The position numbers were made by a program, and so were the translations under genes. A DNA stretch of 64,000 nt from a virus (taxonomy: Duplodnaviria; Caudoviricetes), in IMG/VR virus record IMGVR_UViG_3300033073_000160, positions 32,001 to 96,000 of that record. One strand, 5' to 3'. Under the pieces are notes generated by a model. The model searched no databases. It saw only the letters and a program-made list of their open reading frames with translations, and was not told where the DNA came from. Positions 16,582 to 25,450 of this stretch are shown one piece after another (the stretch's first letter is position 1; every line of letters starts with the position of its first letter).

Positions 16582-17095
16582 TTATGCCGACGGTGTAAAA
16601 GATGATATTATCTTCTTTATTGGCACAGAGATTGAACATACTCCTGCATACGGGTTAAAAACATTGTTTGTCACTGGCGTTCAAGAAGTTGATCAAATTG
16701 CATTCCATGCAATCGGTAATGAGTGTGAGCACATTTTCTTTGGTGCTAATCATAGTTTTAATCCTGCGTTCAACGATTATGCTGGTTGGAAAAAGTGGGA
16801 AGATATGATTGAGTATTTTCTAAGCGAAGGCTATCTGTGTAGTCTTGATATTCCACTAAGCGCAGTCGAAGAGTTTAATGACGGCGGCTTGAACGATTAT
16901 AATAATTTTATTCCACAGATAAGAGTTCCAATTCCGTATATTAAATTATGGAACTATAATACAATGCTTAAAATCGATGACAAAGATTTTAACGCTACTA
17001 ACCCCGGTGTATGGTCACATAGCCTACATACCCTTAAAGACCGTAGCAAGTTCACACCTTGGACAGCCTACAAAAACGATAAAGTATTAAAATGA
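16571..17095 (+). CDS. hypothetical protein within the deazaguanine cluster
   Basis: 174 aa, GTEIEHTPAYG and HIFFGANHSF motifs; translationally coupled to the T-fold gene. Confidence 0.75.
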   Translation: MKRDYADGVKDDIIFFIGTEIEHTPAYGLKTLFVTGVQEVDQIAFHAIGNECEHIFFGANHSFNPAFNDYAGWKKWEDMIEYFLSEGYLCSLDIPLSAVEEFNDGGLNDYNNFIPQIRVPIPYIKLWNYNTMLKIDDKDFNATNPGVWSHSLHTLKDRSKFTPWTAYKNDKVLK

Positions 17096-17481
17096 TTATT
17101 AAACAAGATATCCGTCCTAATAAAATGATTTGGGTTACCTTTCAAAAAGAAGGTATGCACAAGTATCCGGCCGCACTTACAGATCCAGCACTTGCCACAG
17201 GTGATGAATATGATGTAAGTTTTCTAGGCTATCCGCATCGTCACATCTTCCACTTCAAAGTTTGGATCAGTGTCACACACGACGATCGCGATATTGAGTT
17301 TATTCAATTTAAACGTTGGTTGCAAAATCTCTACGCAGATGCTACACTAAGTTTAGATTTTAAAAGTTGCGAAATGATGTCACAAGATTTATATGACAGC
17401 ATTTCACAAAAGTATCCAGGCCGTGAGGTTTGGATTGAGGTCTCCGAAGACGGAGAAAATGGTTCATTTATCAAATATTAA
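17092..17481 (+). CDS. T-fold QueD-like protein, best matching the DpdL (CDG decarboxylase) signature
   Basis: EGMHKY, LGYPHRHIF (LxxxHRHxF), RDIEFI, SCEM, VSEDGENG. Confidence 0.7.
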   Translation: MIIKQDIRPNKMIWVTFQKEGMHKYPAALTDPALATGDEYDVSFLGYPHRHIFHFKVWISVTHDDRDIEFIQFKRWLQNLYADATLSLDFKSCEMMSQDLYDSISQKYPGREVWIEVSEDGENGSFIKY

Positions 17482-17491
17482 AGAGGCTATT

Positions 17492-17770
17492 ATGGCTAAA
17501 AATTATAACGATTATAGTTATTTCGAAAATCGTCCCGACGTTGTTAAAATCTTTGATGATCTAGACAAGCTGTTGGATTTCTGCAGAATCGAAATGCTTC
17601 CATATAACCCCGCTGATCTCTATAACAGAGAGAGCCAAGTATGGAAATCGTTCGAGTGGAGTCGTCGTCCTAAGAAAAACTGGAATGGCGAAAAGAAACC
17701 TTGGAATGGCGAACGCAAGCCATACTTAGGTAAGAACCCTCGTCCAAACTATAACAGACAAGATAACTGA
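17492..17770 (+). CDS. hypothetical protein with a basic WNGE-repeat tail
   Basis: ATG at 17492 after GAGG; KKNWNGEKKPWNGERKP. Confidence 0.65.
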   Translation: MAKNYNDYSYFENRPDVVKIFDDLDKLLDFCRIEMLPYNPADLYNRESQVWKSFEWSRRPKKNWNGEKKPWNGERKPYLGKNPRPNYNRQDN

Positions 17771-17771
17771 T

Positions 17772-18842
17772 ATGACAGTTTTCCTTGTTGACTTAGAATC
17801 AGTTGACACTAGGTATACTGGGCAGTGGAAAACCCATGTGCCTAGTTTACTTAGAAAGGCAGGACACAATGTTCAAATTATATCTGGTCCTACAGATATT
17901 CCTAGTGCGACCACTCCTGGCGCTTTTCTTAATTTTGGTGGCACCAATATATATAAGTCTAGCCAAGTTGAGCAAATGGGCCGTTTATTTTGTAACGGAG
18001 CCGTTCATCCCGGCGATCACTTTATCTTTACTGATGCTTGGCACCCTGGTATCATCAATCTAAAGTATATGAGTGAGCTACTAGGTATTCCTGTAGTTAC
18101 ACACGGACTATGGCATGCTGGCAGCTATGATCCCCAAGACTTTTTAGGACGACTTGTCGGTGATAAGCCGTGGGTCAGACACGCAGAGAAGAGTTTCTTT
18201 AATGCGTTTGATCATAATTATTTTGCTACAGAGTTTCATATTAACATGTTTGGTAAGAACTTACTTGACACTAATATTGGAACTATGTATAACTATAAAA
18301 CATCTGGAAAAATTATTCGCACTGGATGGCCTATGGAATACATGGACTCAACTTTGAACATGTATAAAAATATGCCCAAGCGAGATCTTATTCTATTTCC
18401 GCATCGAATTGCTCCAGAAAAACAAGTAGAAATTTTTAGAGATTTAAAAGAGCACTTGCCTCAATATGAGTTTGTTGTTTGTCAAGATCAATATCTAACA
18501 AAAAACGAATATCATAATCTACTCGGCGAGGCAAAACTAGTCTTCAGCGCTAATTTACAAGAAACACTTGGAATTAGTTGGTATGAGGGCGCAATAGTTG
18601 ATGCTATTCCTATGGTGCCAGATAGGCTTAGCTATAGTGAAATGGCATTTGATACTTTTAAGTATCCTAGCAAGTGGACTGAAAGTTTTGAAGCATATAC
18701 CGTATATCGTCCAGATATTTGTAAGGTAATCATAGAACATATGGAAAATTACAAAACTAGACTGCCAACTTTGCGAAAACAAACGGAGGCATTAAGTGAG
18801 CACTACTTCAGCGCAAGATATCTCATCGATAACATTCGATAA
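17772..18842 (+). CDS. GT-B fold glycosyltransferase (GT4-like)
   Basis: FPHRIAPEKQ and QETLGISWYEG (E-x7-E) donor-binding motifs, PDRLSYSEM. Confidence 0.8.
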   Translation: MTVFLVDLESVDTRYTGQWKTHVPSLLRKAGHNVQIISGPTDIPSATTPGAFLNFGGTNIYKSSQVEQMGRLFCNGAVHPGDHFIFTDAWHPGIINLKYMSELLGIPVVTHGLWHAGSYDPQDFLGRLVGDKPWVRHAEKSFFNAFDHNYFATEFHINMFGKNLLDTNIGTMYNYKTSGKIIRTGWPMEYMDSTLNMYKNMPKRDLILFPHRIAPEKQVEIFRDLKEHLPQYEFVVCQDQYLTKNEYHNLLGEAKLVFSANLQETLGISWYEGAIVDAIPMVPDRLSYSEMAFDTFKYPSKWTESFEAYTVYRPDICKVIIEHMENYKTRLPTLRKQTEALSEHYFSARYLIDNIR

Positions 18843-19191
18843 TCTCGACACAATTACCCTTACAGGAGCAGTTGGCTCTTCTTGGGATACGTGCGGAACA
18901 TACACTATCTCAACTTCAAGTATTCCAACGTCGTCACATACATACTCGTCAGGTATGACTGTTGGTGGTTTAAGTTCTGCACAAATCTGTAGTATTAGCA
19001 GTATATCAATATCGGATATATCTTTAAATTGGCCCGATGAGTGGGTTAACTCATTTCCAGAATGGGGACGCATTGAAAAGATGTGTGAAGAATACCCTGG
19101 ATTGAAAATTGCATTTGAAAAATTTAAAACAGTTTATTATCTAGTGAAAGACGATTATGATACTCCAAAAGATAAAAGACCACGTCCTTAA
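18796..19191 (+). CDS. Ser/Thr-rich hypothetical protein
   Basis: GTG start with GGAGG SD; C-terminal YPGLK motif. Confidence 0.65.
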   Translation: MSTTSAQDISSITFDNLDTITLTGAVGSSWDTCGTYTISTSSIPTSSHTYSSGMTVGGLSSAQICSISSISISDISLNWPDEWVNSFPEWGRIEKMCEEYPGLKIAFEKFKTVYYLVKDDYDTPKDKRPRP

Positions 19192-19633
19192 TTGGTTAGA
19201 AGCGCACGATCGCAAGCGTATAATTATGGATCGGACATGTAACGAGCCATTGCTTACACGTTATTATCTATTTTTGAAGGATCGTAAACTATTTCCATTT
19301 AATGTATTCTTACATAAGTTCCATAAGGGTGATCCTGACGATGTTCACGATCATCCATGGCCGTATGCTACGCTGATCCTTAAAGGCGGTTACTACGAAT
19401 GGACTCCTATCTTTGACAAAGATGGTATTAAAATAGCCGAAACCTGTGCATGGCGGGGGCCAGGTCATTTTAGAATTTGCGGTGCTACTTCATACCACAG
19501 AATTGAATTGGATCCCAATGTTGTTGCATGGACATTGTTTATGCCGGGTCCACAAACGAGAGAATGGGGGTTCCTCGTAAAGAATAAATGGATACACAAT
19601 GAGTTATATCTCCAACAACGGCAGCAGCGGTAG
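19157..19633 (+). CDS. cupin-fold protein
   Basis: HDHPW...LKGGYYE...YHRI metal-binding cupin pattern. Confidence 0.7.
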   Translation: MILQKIKDHVLNWLEAHDRKRIIMDRTCNEPLLTRYYLFLKDRKLFPFNVFLHKFHKGDPDDVHDHPWPYATLILKGGYYEWTPIFDKDGIKIAETCAWRGPGHFRICGATSYHRIELDPNVVAWTLFMPGPQTREWGFLVKNKWIHNELYLQQRQQR

Positions 19634-19979
19634 TTTTCTTACAACTACAGGAATGAATGGATCGAGTTATACTACTTCCTGGGCAAGTCCAAATACCAAT
19701 TTTACTAGCTCAAATCAAAAAGCTATATTAACTATTCCCCACGGGGAAGACAAGGTAGTTTTAAACAAAGAGGCAACACTCGAAGTTAACGGATCAGTAA
19801 AAATTAATGGACTTGACTTAGAAGAACGGCTAAAGACAATCGAAAGACTCTTGCAAATTCCAGAAAGAGATGCTACAATGGAAGCTAAGTATCCTAGTTT
19901 AAAGAAGAAGTTTGACGACTACATCAATACACTAGAAAAATATAAAACATTTGAACGCATTAAAGGCGATTATGACTGA
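19599..19979 (+). CDS. Ser/Thr-rich hypothetical protein
   Basis: 126 aa; C-terminal YPSLK motif. Confidence 0.65.
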   Translation: MSYISNNGSSGSFLTTTGMNGSSYTTSWASPNTNFTSSNQKAILTIPHGEDKVVLNKEATLEVNGSVKINGLDLEERLKTIERLLQIPERDATMEAKYPSLKKKFDDYINTLEKYKTFERIKGDYD

Positions 19980-20226
19980 AGAAAACAAACCCCTCAAAAT
20001 TGAGTTTGCACCTGGGTGCTTTGATAATTTTGAAGGCACACAAGAAGAACTTGATGAGCTAATTGCCGAAATACAACGTATGTTCGAAAGCGGTGAGATT
20101 CAAGAGAACGCAACCGAACTTGATCTTGATGCGCTCATGGAAGAAGATCCAGAGTATGCAGAAAAAGTTATACAAGCTCTTCAAAGCGATGATATCACCG
20201 ACGGTCCTAAAAGAAACTTACAATGA
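19972..20226 (+). CDS. acidic hypothetical protein
   Basis: ATG at 19972; FAPGCFDNFEGTQEELDEL. Confidence 0.65.
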   Translation: MTEENKPLKIEFAPGCFDNFEGTQEELDELIAEIQRMFESGEIQENATELDLDALMEEDPEYAEKVIQALQSDDITDGPKRNLQ

Positions 20227-20765
20227 AAAAAATCTATTACAATTGGTCACAAATTGAAGGAGCAGTATTAGATATTGCTCGTCAATTACAGGCAGATAAT
20301 TGGCGCCCAGATTATATTGTGGGAATTACTAGAGGCGGGTTAATTCCCGCTAATCTTTTAAGCCAATACACTAATGTTAAGATGTATACCCTTAATGTTA
20401 GTCTTAGAGACGGTGACGGTGGAGAAAGCAACCTGTGGATGGCTGAGGATGCGTTCGGTTACATTGATAAAGAACGTCGAGAATACGAGCATATCCCTTA
20501 CAGCATTACTAAGGTAAAGAATATTCTTATCATCGATGATATTAACGACGAAGGCAATACTATTGCGTGGATTAAGAAAGACTGGCAAACTAGTTGTTTA
20601 CCTAATGATGAGAGGTGGGATCATGTTTGGGGCAATAATGTTCGTTTCGCCACACTTACTAATAATATAGCCAGTAAAGAAACTGTTGACTACTCTGTAT
20701 GGGAAGTTAATAAAGCAGAAGAAGACTGCTGGCTAGTTTATCCTTGGGAGGATTTTTGGTTATGA
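20223..20765 (+). CDS. type I phosphoribosyltransferase (xanthine/guanine PRT-like)
   Basis: IVGITRGG, ILIIDDINDEG.T PRPP-binding loop, WLVYPWE C-terminus. Confidence 0.88.
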   Translation: MKKIYYNWSQIEGAVLDIARQLQADNWRPDYIVGITRGGLIPANLLSQYTNVKMYTLNVSLRDGDGGESNLWMAEDAFGYIDKERREYEHIPYSITKVKNILIIDDINDEGNTIAWIKKDWQTSCLPNDERWDHVWGNNVRFATLTNNIASKETVDYSVWEVNKAEEDCWLVYPWEDFWL

Positions 20766-20914
20766 CACGAGATGAAATTCAAGCTAAAATTAGTCAAGTT
20801 GACGTAGACTTAGAAAAATTAAAAGATGTTGAAAACTCCGATAAAAAAGGAGAGATGCTAAGACAGTATAGAGATTATCTACTAGAACAACTTAGCCAAG
20901 TAACAGATGAATGA
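20762..20914 (+). CDS. small coiled-coil hypothetical protein (50 aa; not in the supplied ORF track)
   Basis: ATG at 20762 overlaps the PRT stop; reads MTRDEIQAKISQ...QVTDE* and fills the gap to the HIT gene. Confidence 0.6.
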   Translation: MTRDEIQAKISQVDVDLEKLKDVENSDKKGEMLRQYRDYLLEQLSQVTDE

Positions 20915-21275
20915 TTTAGAAAAGGCACTAGATGAAAAACGAGCACCATGGACTTCAATTGAATTCAGATCAAAAGACTTTTGGATCTTCAAAGATGCAT
21001 ATCCAGTTACCCCAGGGCATTTGTTATTTGTGCCTACCCAAGAGCAAAGTCATAATCTCTGGGAATGCTACAAGGCAGCATACAAATGGGGATTCGAGGG
21101 TATCGAAGGAGAACGGTGGGACTCTTTTAACATCGGACAAAATGTTGGCGAGGCTGCTGGACAAACAGTAATGTATCCTCATGTGCATATGATTCCTAGA
21201 CGCAAGGGCGACATGGAAGATCCTCGTGGTGGAGTTCGCCATGTTATTCCCGAAAAAGGTAATTATAAAAAATGA
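20907..21275 (+). CDS. HIT-family nucleotide hydrolase
   Basis: DAYPVTPGHLL, AAGQTV..PHVHMIPR histidine-triad-like motif. Confidence 0.9.
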   Translation: MNDLEKALDEKRAPWTSIEFRSKDFWIFKDAYPVTPGHLLFVPTQEQSHNLWECYKAAYKWGFEGIEGERWDSFNIGQNVGEAAGQTVMYPHVHMIPRRKGDMEDPRGGVRHVIPEKGNYKK

Positions 21276-21478
21276 CACCAAGTGATCACGAAGTTATTGT
21301 AGATTGGAATAATCAACATAATGAATGGTGGAATGAAACATGTGCGACTATTGTTGAAGTGTTTGGTTTACCTGGAAATCGATTTGTCTATTCTCCGAGC
21401 GTAGACTTCATGACATTTACCTTTAAATCTAAAAAAGATGCAGAGTTGTGTCGGATACTAATAAGTGAAAAACTATGA
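21272..21478 (+). CDS. hypothetical protein
   Basis: 68 aa, ATGA-coupled on both sides. Confidence 0.65.
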   Translation: MTPSDHEVIVDWNNQHNEWWNETCATIVEVFGLPGNRFVYSPSVDFMTFTFKSKKDAELCRILISEKL

Positions 21479-22041
21479 CAGTCTTATTTGAAAACGGTTG
21501 GGAAACTTTTGAAACATTTGATTTTAGTAGCATAATAACTTCTAACGACCAAGAGCTTGCAAAGGCAGATATTAAACAAGTAATCGCCGAGGGCAAATAT
21601 TTTACTAATAGCCCCCGATATCAAACTAACATTAATATCTTTAATTACCCCGGTGAACATTGGCTAAAATTTAGACAAAGTTTTATCATGAGCTGCTTTA
21701 TGTATTTGAAAGCAGAAGTAAAAATCGAGCAAATACAATCGTGGAGTTTTATGACTTCGAACAAGATTGTTGAAAATAGAGATGATCTATGGCACACTCA
21801 TCAATATGGTAATGAGCGCACCTTATCGGGCATTTACTACTTGCACATACCCAATGATGTTAATGATAAAGCAATGTGTGGAACTGAGTTTGCACTAAAT
21901 GGAACTAAGTCGCCAGAAAGATATATTGCACCTGTTTTAGATTATACTTGGTTAATTTACCCTGGTAAGACTTGGCACAGACCAATGCCGCCGCAGTCAA
22001 GTCAGGATCGTTTTGTAATTGCGGCAGATATGGTATTTTAA
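21475..22041 (+). CDS. putative 2OG-Fe(II) oxygenase
   Basis: WHTH...LSGIYYL...GTEF...WH......R.VIA double-stranded beta-helix pattern. Confidence 0.7.
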   Translation: MTVLFENGWETFETFDFSSIITSNDQELAKADIKQVIAEGKYFTNSPRYQTNINIFNYPGEHWLKFRQSFIMSCFMYLKAEVKIEQIQSWSFMTSNKIVENRDDLWHTHQYGNERTLSGIYYLHIPNDVNDKAMCGTEFALNGTKSPERYIAPVLDYTWLIYPGKTWHRPMPPQSSQDRFVIAADMVF

Positions 22042-22051
22042 GGAGAAAGAA

Positions 22052-22285
22052 ATGAAACTACATGAATCAATTGCTCACACTAAAGTTGAAGCTATCATTA
22101 AAGAAAGCGAAGGTTTTCGCTTACGTATGGAGAAATGGGAATCTATTAATCCTAAAGGATTATTTGCTGTCGATTTAATCCAGGAAAGCCTAGACGAAAA
22201 AGGTAACGTAGCTTACACTAGCACATATAATTTTAATATGACTAGAGATGAACTGCAACAACTAGCATACGCTTTAACAGCATGA
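22052..22285 (+). CDS. hypothetical protein
   Basis: ATG at 22052 after AAGGAG. Confidence 0.65.
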   Translation: MKLHESIAHTKVEAIIKESEGFRLRMEKWESINPKGLFAVDLIQESLDEKGNVAYTSTYNFNMTRDELQQLAYALTA

Positions 22286-22500
22286 AATTACCAAATGCAG
22301 TCATTGAAGTATCAATAGTTGTATTTTTGTTCTGTGCAATGTTCGGAACAATGTATCTAGCAGGGTCTGGGCTAGGAAGAAAAGTTGTAATTAATTGCGA
22401 CATTTCTGAGATTAGTCCAGATTTCACCAATGAAATGCGTGAAGCGTGTCGCCAAGCTCGGGCAAATAAGATTAATAAAGACTTGCAAAAACCTAAATAA
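22282..22500 (+). CDS. small membrane-anchored protein
   Basis: N-terminal hydrophobic helix; CDISEISPDF...C. Confidence 0.6.
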   Translation: MKLPNAVIEVSIVVFLFCAMFGTMYLAGSGLGRKVVINCDISEISPDFTNEMREACRQARANKINKDLQKPK

Positions 22501-22511
22501 TAGTGTATACT
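22483..22511 (+). promoter_or_regulatory. sigma70-type promoter for folE with a nested CCTAAATA late-type motif
   Basis: TTGCAA-17 bp-TATACT. Confidence 0.65.
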
Positions 22512-22556
22512 TAATTGTGTATGGCAATCCACTGCCTTATCATCGGAGAAATATAA

Positions 22557-23261
22557 TTGGACACAAGTAAAAATCTATCGCAAGTAATCCGCGATAAAAT
22601 GAAAAGAGATAACAAACGCTTCTGGGCAGGCGACAATATCTCTGACTATCTCGACCAAGACGGTTACGATAAAGAACAACTAATTAACGAAGCAACTGTA
22701 GCATTTGAAAAGGTGCTAGATGCGTTGCTGATTGATCGTGAAAACGATCCCAACTCACACGGCACAGCAAGACGCCTTGCCAAGATGTATTTTAATGAAA
22801 TTATGGCAGGTAGATATGATCCAGCACCAGACGCAACAGCATTTCCAAATGACTCGGAGGACCGTTACGAAGGTATGTTGGTTGTTCGTAGTGAGCTTCG
22901 CAGTATGTGTAGCCATCATCACCAACCCGTTGTTGGCGTTGCTTATATTGGCATTATTGCCGCTCAAAAACTTATCGGACTTAGCAAATACACAAGAATC
23001 GCACAGTGGTGTGCAAGACGGGGCACTCTCCAGGAGGAGCTTTGTAACGACATTGCTAGGGAAATCGAAAAAGCAACCGGCGCAAAAGACTTAGGTGTTT
23101 ACATCCAAGCCACACACGGTTGCTGTGAGAATCGTGGTATTATGGCGCATAGTAGTTTAACACAAACTACAGTCTTAAAAGGTGCATTTAAAGACGATCC
23201 GGGAACAAAGAAAGAGTTCTTTGACAATATCAAAATGCAACAAGAATTTTCACCGAGGTAA
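22557..23261 (+). CDS. folE: GTP cyclohydrolase I
   Basis: SMCSHHHQP, IGLSKYTR, LQEEL, HGCCENRG motifs; TTG start after GGAG. Confidence 0.95.
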   Translation: MDTSKNLSQVIRDKMKRDNKRFWAGDNISDYLDQDGYDKEQLINEATVAFEKVLDALLIDRENDPNSHGTARRLAKMYFNEIMAGRYDPAPDATAFPNDSEDRYEGMLVVRSELRSMCSHHHQPVVGVAYIGIIAAQKLIGLSKYTRIAQWCARRGTLQEELCNDIAREIEKATGAKDLGVYIQATHGCCENRGIMAHSSLTQTTVLKGAFKDDPGTKKEFFDNIKMQQEFSPR

Positions 23262-23263
23262 TT

Positions 23264-23467
23264 ATGGCAACACGTAAAAAGAAAACTGAAGAAGCAACAG
23301 TTGTTAAGGGTAGTCACCTTACTGTAACAACTTACCCAGACGGTCGCACTGAACTCGAATGGGATGACGAAGCACTTATGCGAGATGTGCAAGAAGCAAT
23401 CGCAAGTGTAGAACCAATTCAAGGAGAAACAAATGGCAAAGCTAGAAAAACTCGCAAAAGTAAATGA
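23264..23467 (+). CDS. hypothetical protein
   Basis: 67 aa with GAGG SD. Confidence 0.6.
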   Translation: MATRKKKTEEATVVKGSHLTVTTYPDGRTELEWDDEALMRDVQEAIASVEPIQGETNGKARKTRKSK

Positions 23468-23624
23468 ATCGATTACTATTAATCGTTACGACAACGGTTG
23501 GATGATCGAAATCGGTGGACGCGATAAGAAAGAAGACTGGAAAAATACAAAGACCATGTGTAATACAGAAGACGAACTTATTGCTGTAGTCAAAGAATGG
23601 AACAGTAAAGAACTCGACAACTAA
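23433..23624 (+). CDS. hypothetical protein
   Basis: 63 aa with AGGAG SD. Confidence 0.65.
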   Translation: MAKLEKLAKVNESITINRYDNGWMIEIGGRDKKEDWKNTKTMCNTEDELIAVVKEWNSKELDN

Positions 23625-23634
23625 GGAGAACACT

Positions 23635-24195
23635 ATGGCATGGCCCAACGGACCCGATGATAATCCAGGAACACAGGAAGAAACTGTTACTACTTGGACA
23701 GTAAGAACATACTATAAAAAATCATGTGAACAGCATGAGTATTTTACCCACTCTGACTGGAACGGTCCACTTAAAGTTACGGACGGTTTCAGATCAGCAT
23801 CTTTCTACATTGATACTAATGATGGCAAGATTCCTAACTTTGAGTTTACAGAGGTTCCCGGTGGCAATGGTGCCAAGGATAGTGTAAACTTGTTTAGTTG
23901 CGAAGCTAATAATATTGTTGGATCAGAGCTTATTGAAATGTGGGACGGCGGTTGTTGGGGTGGTTGGGAATTTCCGGAGGACATGCCTGAAGAAGAACAA
24001 GAGCGTCTAGACGAATTTATCAGTGAAAATGGCACATACGCCCTAGAAGATGAAGAAGGTTGGATGCTCGACGAAACAGAATGTTGGGTATGGGGTCCTT
24101 TGGAAATCAGCGATGCAGATGGTAACGTTGTTGCTATCATCGAAGCCGACGATGAAGGCAACGTTGCAATTAAACAGCCTAAAGACTATGAGTAA
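23635..24195 (+). CDS. acidic Trp-rich hypothetical protein (paralogue of 24188-24736)
   Basis: AAGGAG SD; WEFPEDMPEEEQERL. Confidence 0.7.
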   Translation: MAWPNGPDDNPGTQEETVTTWTVRTYYKKSCEQHEYFTHSDWNGPLKVTDGFRSASFYIDTNDGKIPNFEFTEVPGGNGAKDSVNLFSCEANNIVGSELIEMWDGGCWGGWEFPEDMPEEEQERLDEFISENGTYALEDEEGWMLDETECWVWGPLEISDADGNVVAIIEADDEGNVAIKQPKDYE

Positions 24196-24736
24196 AGTAT
24201 ACTTAATTAAACCCCTTGAAAAGAAAAGCATTTGCTGGCACATTGAAATGTTCCGCGAAAATGCGGACGGTAGCATTAGCTGGTTTAATATCGACGATCA
24301 CTATCGTTGGGGGCAAGGATTCATAGAAGAAGATATGGATTGTAATTTGCCCTTAGAAGGTGATCAACAAGCTCATGCTCGAACAGACTGCGGGTGGGGT
24401 GCGGAGTTAGATGACCAACACGCTTGTTGGTTCGAGTTCAGTGATGACATTAGTGAGGAAGAACAAGAAGAAATCAAACGTTGCTACCTAGAGGGCGACG
24501 GTGATGAAGAGTGGGAACGCTCCGGTGCCGCTTGGTTGTTTGACGCAGAACACGACTGGCAAGTTGAAGACGATTACCTGATCATCGATGCGCCTTACAA
24601 AGTTAGTCTTTGTGAAGACGACGGAACAGTAGTTGAAGAAAATGTTAAACTACGCACAAGAGAACAACTAGCTGAAGATGTAAAAAAATGGCAGGCTGAA
24701 AATACTAAATGGCCGTTTGAAGGAGAAGTTAAATGA
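24188..24736 (+). CDS. acidic Trp-rich hypothetical protein
   Basis: ATG at 24188 overlapping the upstream stop; FEFSDDISEEEQEEI. Confidence 0.7.
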   Translation: MSKVYLIKPLEKKSICWHIEMFRENADGSISWFNIDDHYRWGQGFIEEDMDCNLPLEGDQQAHARTDCGWGAELDDQHACWFEFSDDISEEEQEEIKRCYLEGDGDEEWERSGAAWLFDAEHDWQVEDDYLIIDAPYKVSLCEDDGTVVEENVKLRTREQLAEDVKKWQAENTKWPFEGEVK

Positions 24737-24948
24737 ACTCAGTAGACATGGCTAATAATTTAATCTTTAGAGCAAAGAACTTGCAAGAGTTTATTGTTAC
24801 TACAGATGTTCCTGAAGACTTTAGATTCAATGGAACTATTCCGTTTGATATGGAAATTAAAGAAAATGTAATTTATGCAAAAGTGTTTGGAATTGATTTT
24901 GACGAAGCAGTTACTACACTTAACAATTGGCTGGAGACTTGCAAATGA
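24733..24948 (+). CDS. hypothetical protein
   Basis: 71 aa, AGGAG SD. Confidence 0.65.
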   Translation: MNSVDMANNLIFRAKNLQEFIVTTDVPEDFRFNGTIPFDMEIKENVIYAKVFGIDFDEAVTTLNNWLETCK

Positions 24949-25112
24949 ATGACAAAGAACCTTTGTATAGTATTAAATGGACACAGTCTTATCCGGGGTA
25001 TAGTCACCAAGAGGCGATTGATGCTTTAACTGAGTTACTAGTAGAATCATACCTTGAACAGGGTTGGTTCGATGAGGCAAATGCAGAAATAAAAAGGATC
25101 ATGAAGTTATGA
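24945..25112 (+). CDS. hypothetical protein
   Basis: ATG at 24945 overlapping the upstream stop, GGAG SD. Confidence 0.55.
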   Translation: MNDKEPLYSIKWTQSYPGYSHQEAIDALTELLVESYLEQGWFDEANAEIKRIMKL

Positions 25113-25450
25113 AATGGTTTGATAAATGGTTTTACAAACAGGCTAAAAAGGCTTGGGAAAATAAAGATCGCTACGAAATAGAAGAAGAATCAAAGCGAAT
25201 TCTAAGCGCAACAGAAAAAAGGACTCTTAATATGGCAATCGGTGGACAAGCAATGGTAGAGCGCGGTCGCGCTGAAGGTGAAGATCGTGTTACATTCGAA
25301 CTGACATCAGCAGTGGGCGGACGTATTCTTAACGTGCGCCGGTTTGATAATCGTAAAGACATGCACGATTCACAGACTTACGTTATTCCTAGCGGGGAAG
25401 ATGTTGGGGAACGAGTAGCTAAGATTATTAATTTGGAACTGCTTAAATAA
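25109..25450 (+). CDS. hypothetical protein
   Basis: 113 aa, ATGA-coupled. Confidence 0.65.
   Translation: MKWFDKWFYKQAKKAWENKDRYEIEEESKRILSATEKRTLNMAIGGQAMVERGRAEGEDRVTFELTSAVGGRILNVRRFDNRKDMHDSQTYVIPSGEDVGERVAKIINLELLK

Noticed and set aside
17092-17481. Assigning the symbol queD
   Set aside because: It lacks the CxxxHGH motif of QueD and has LxxxHRHxF instead; left without a symbol pending an HMM comparison.
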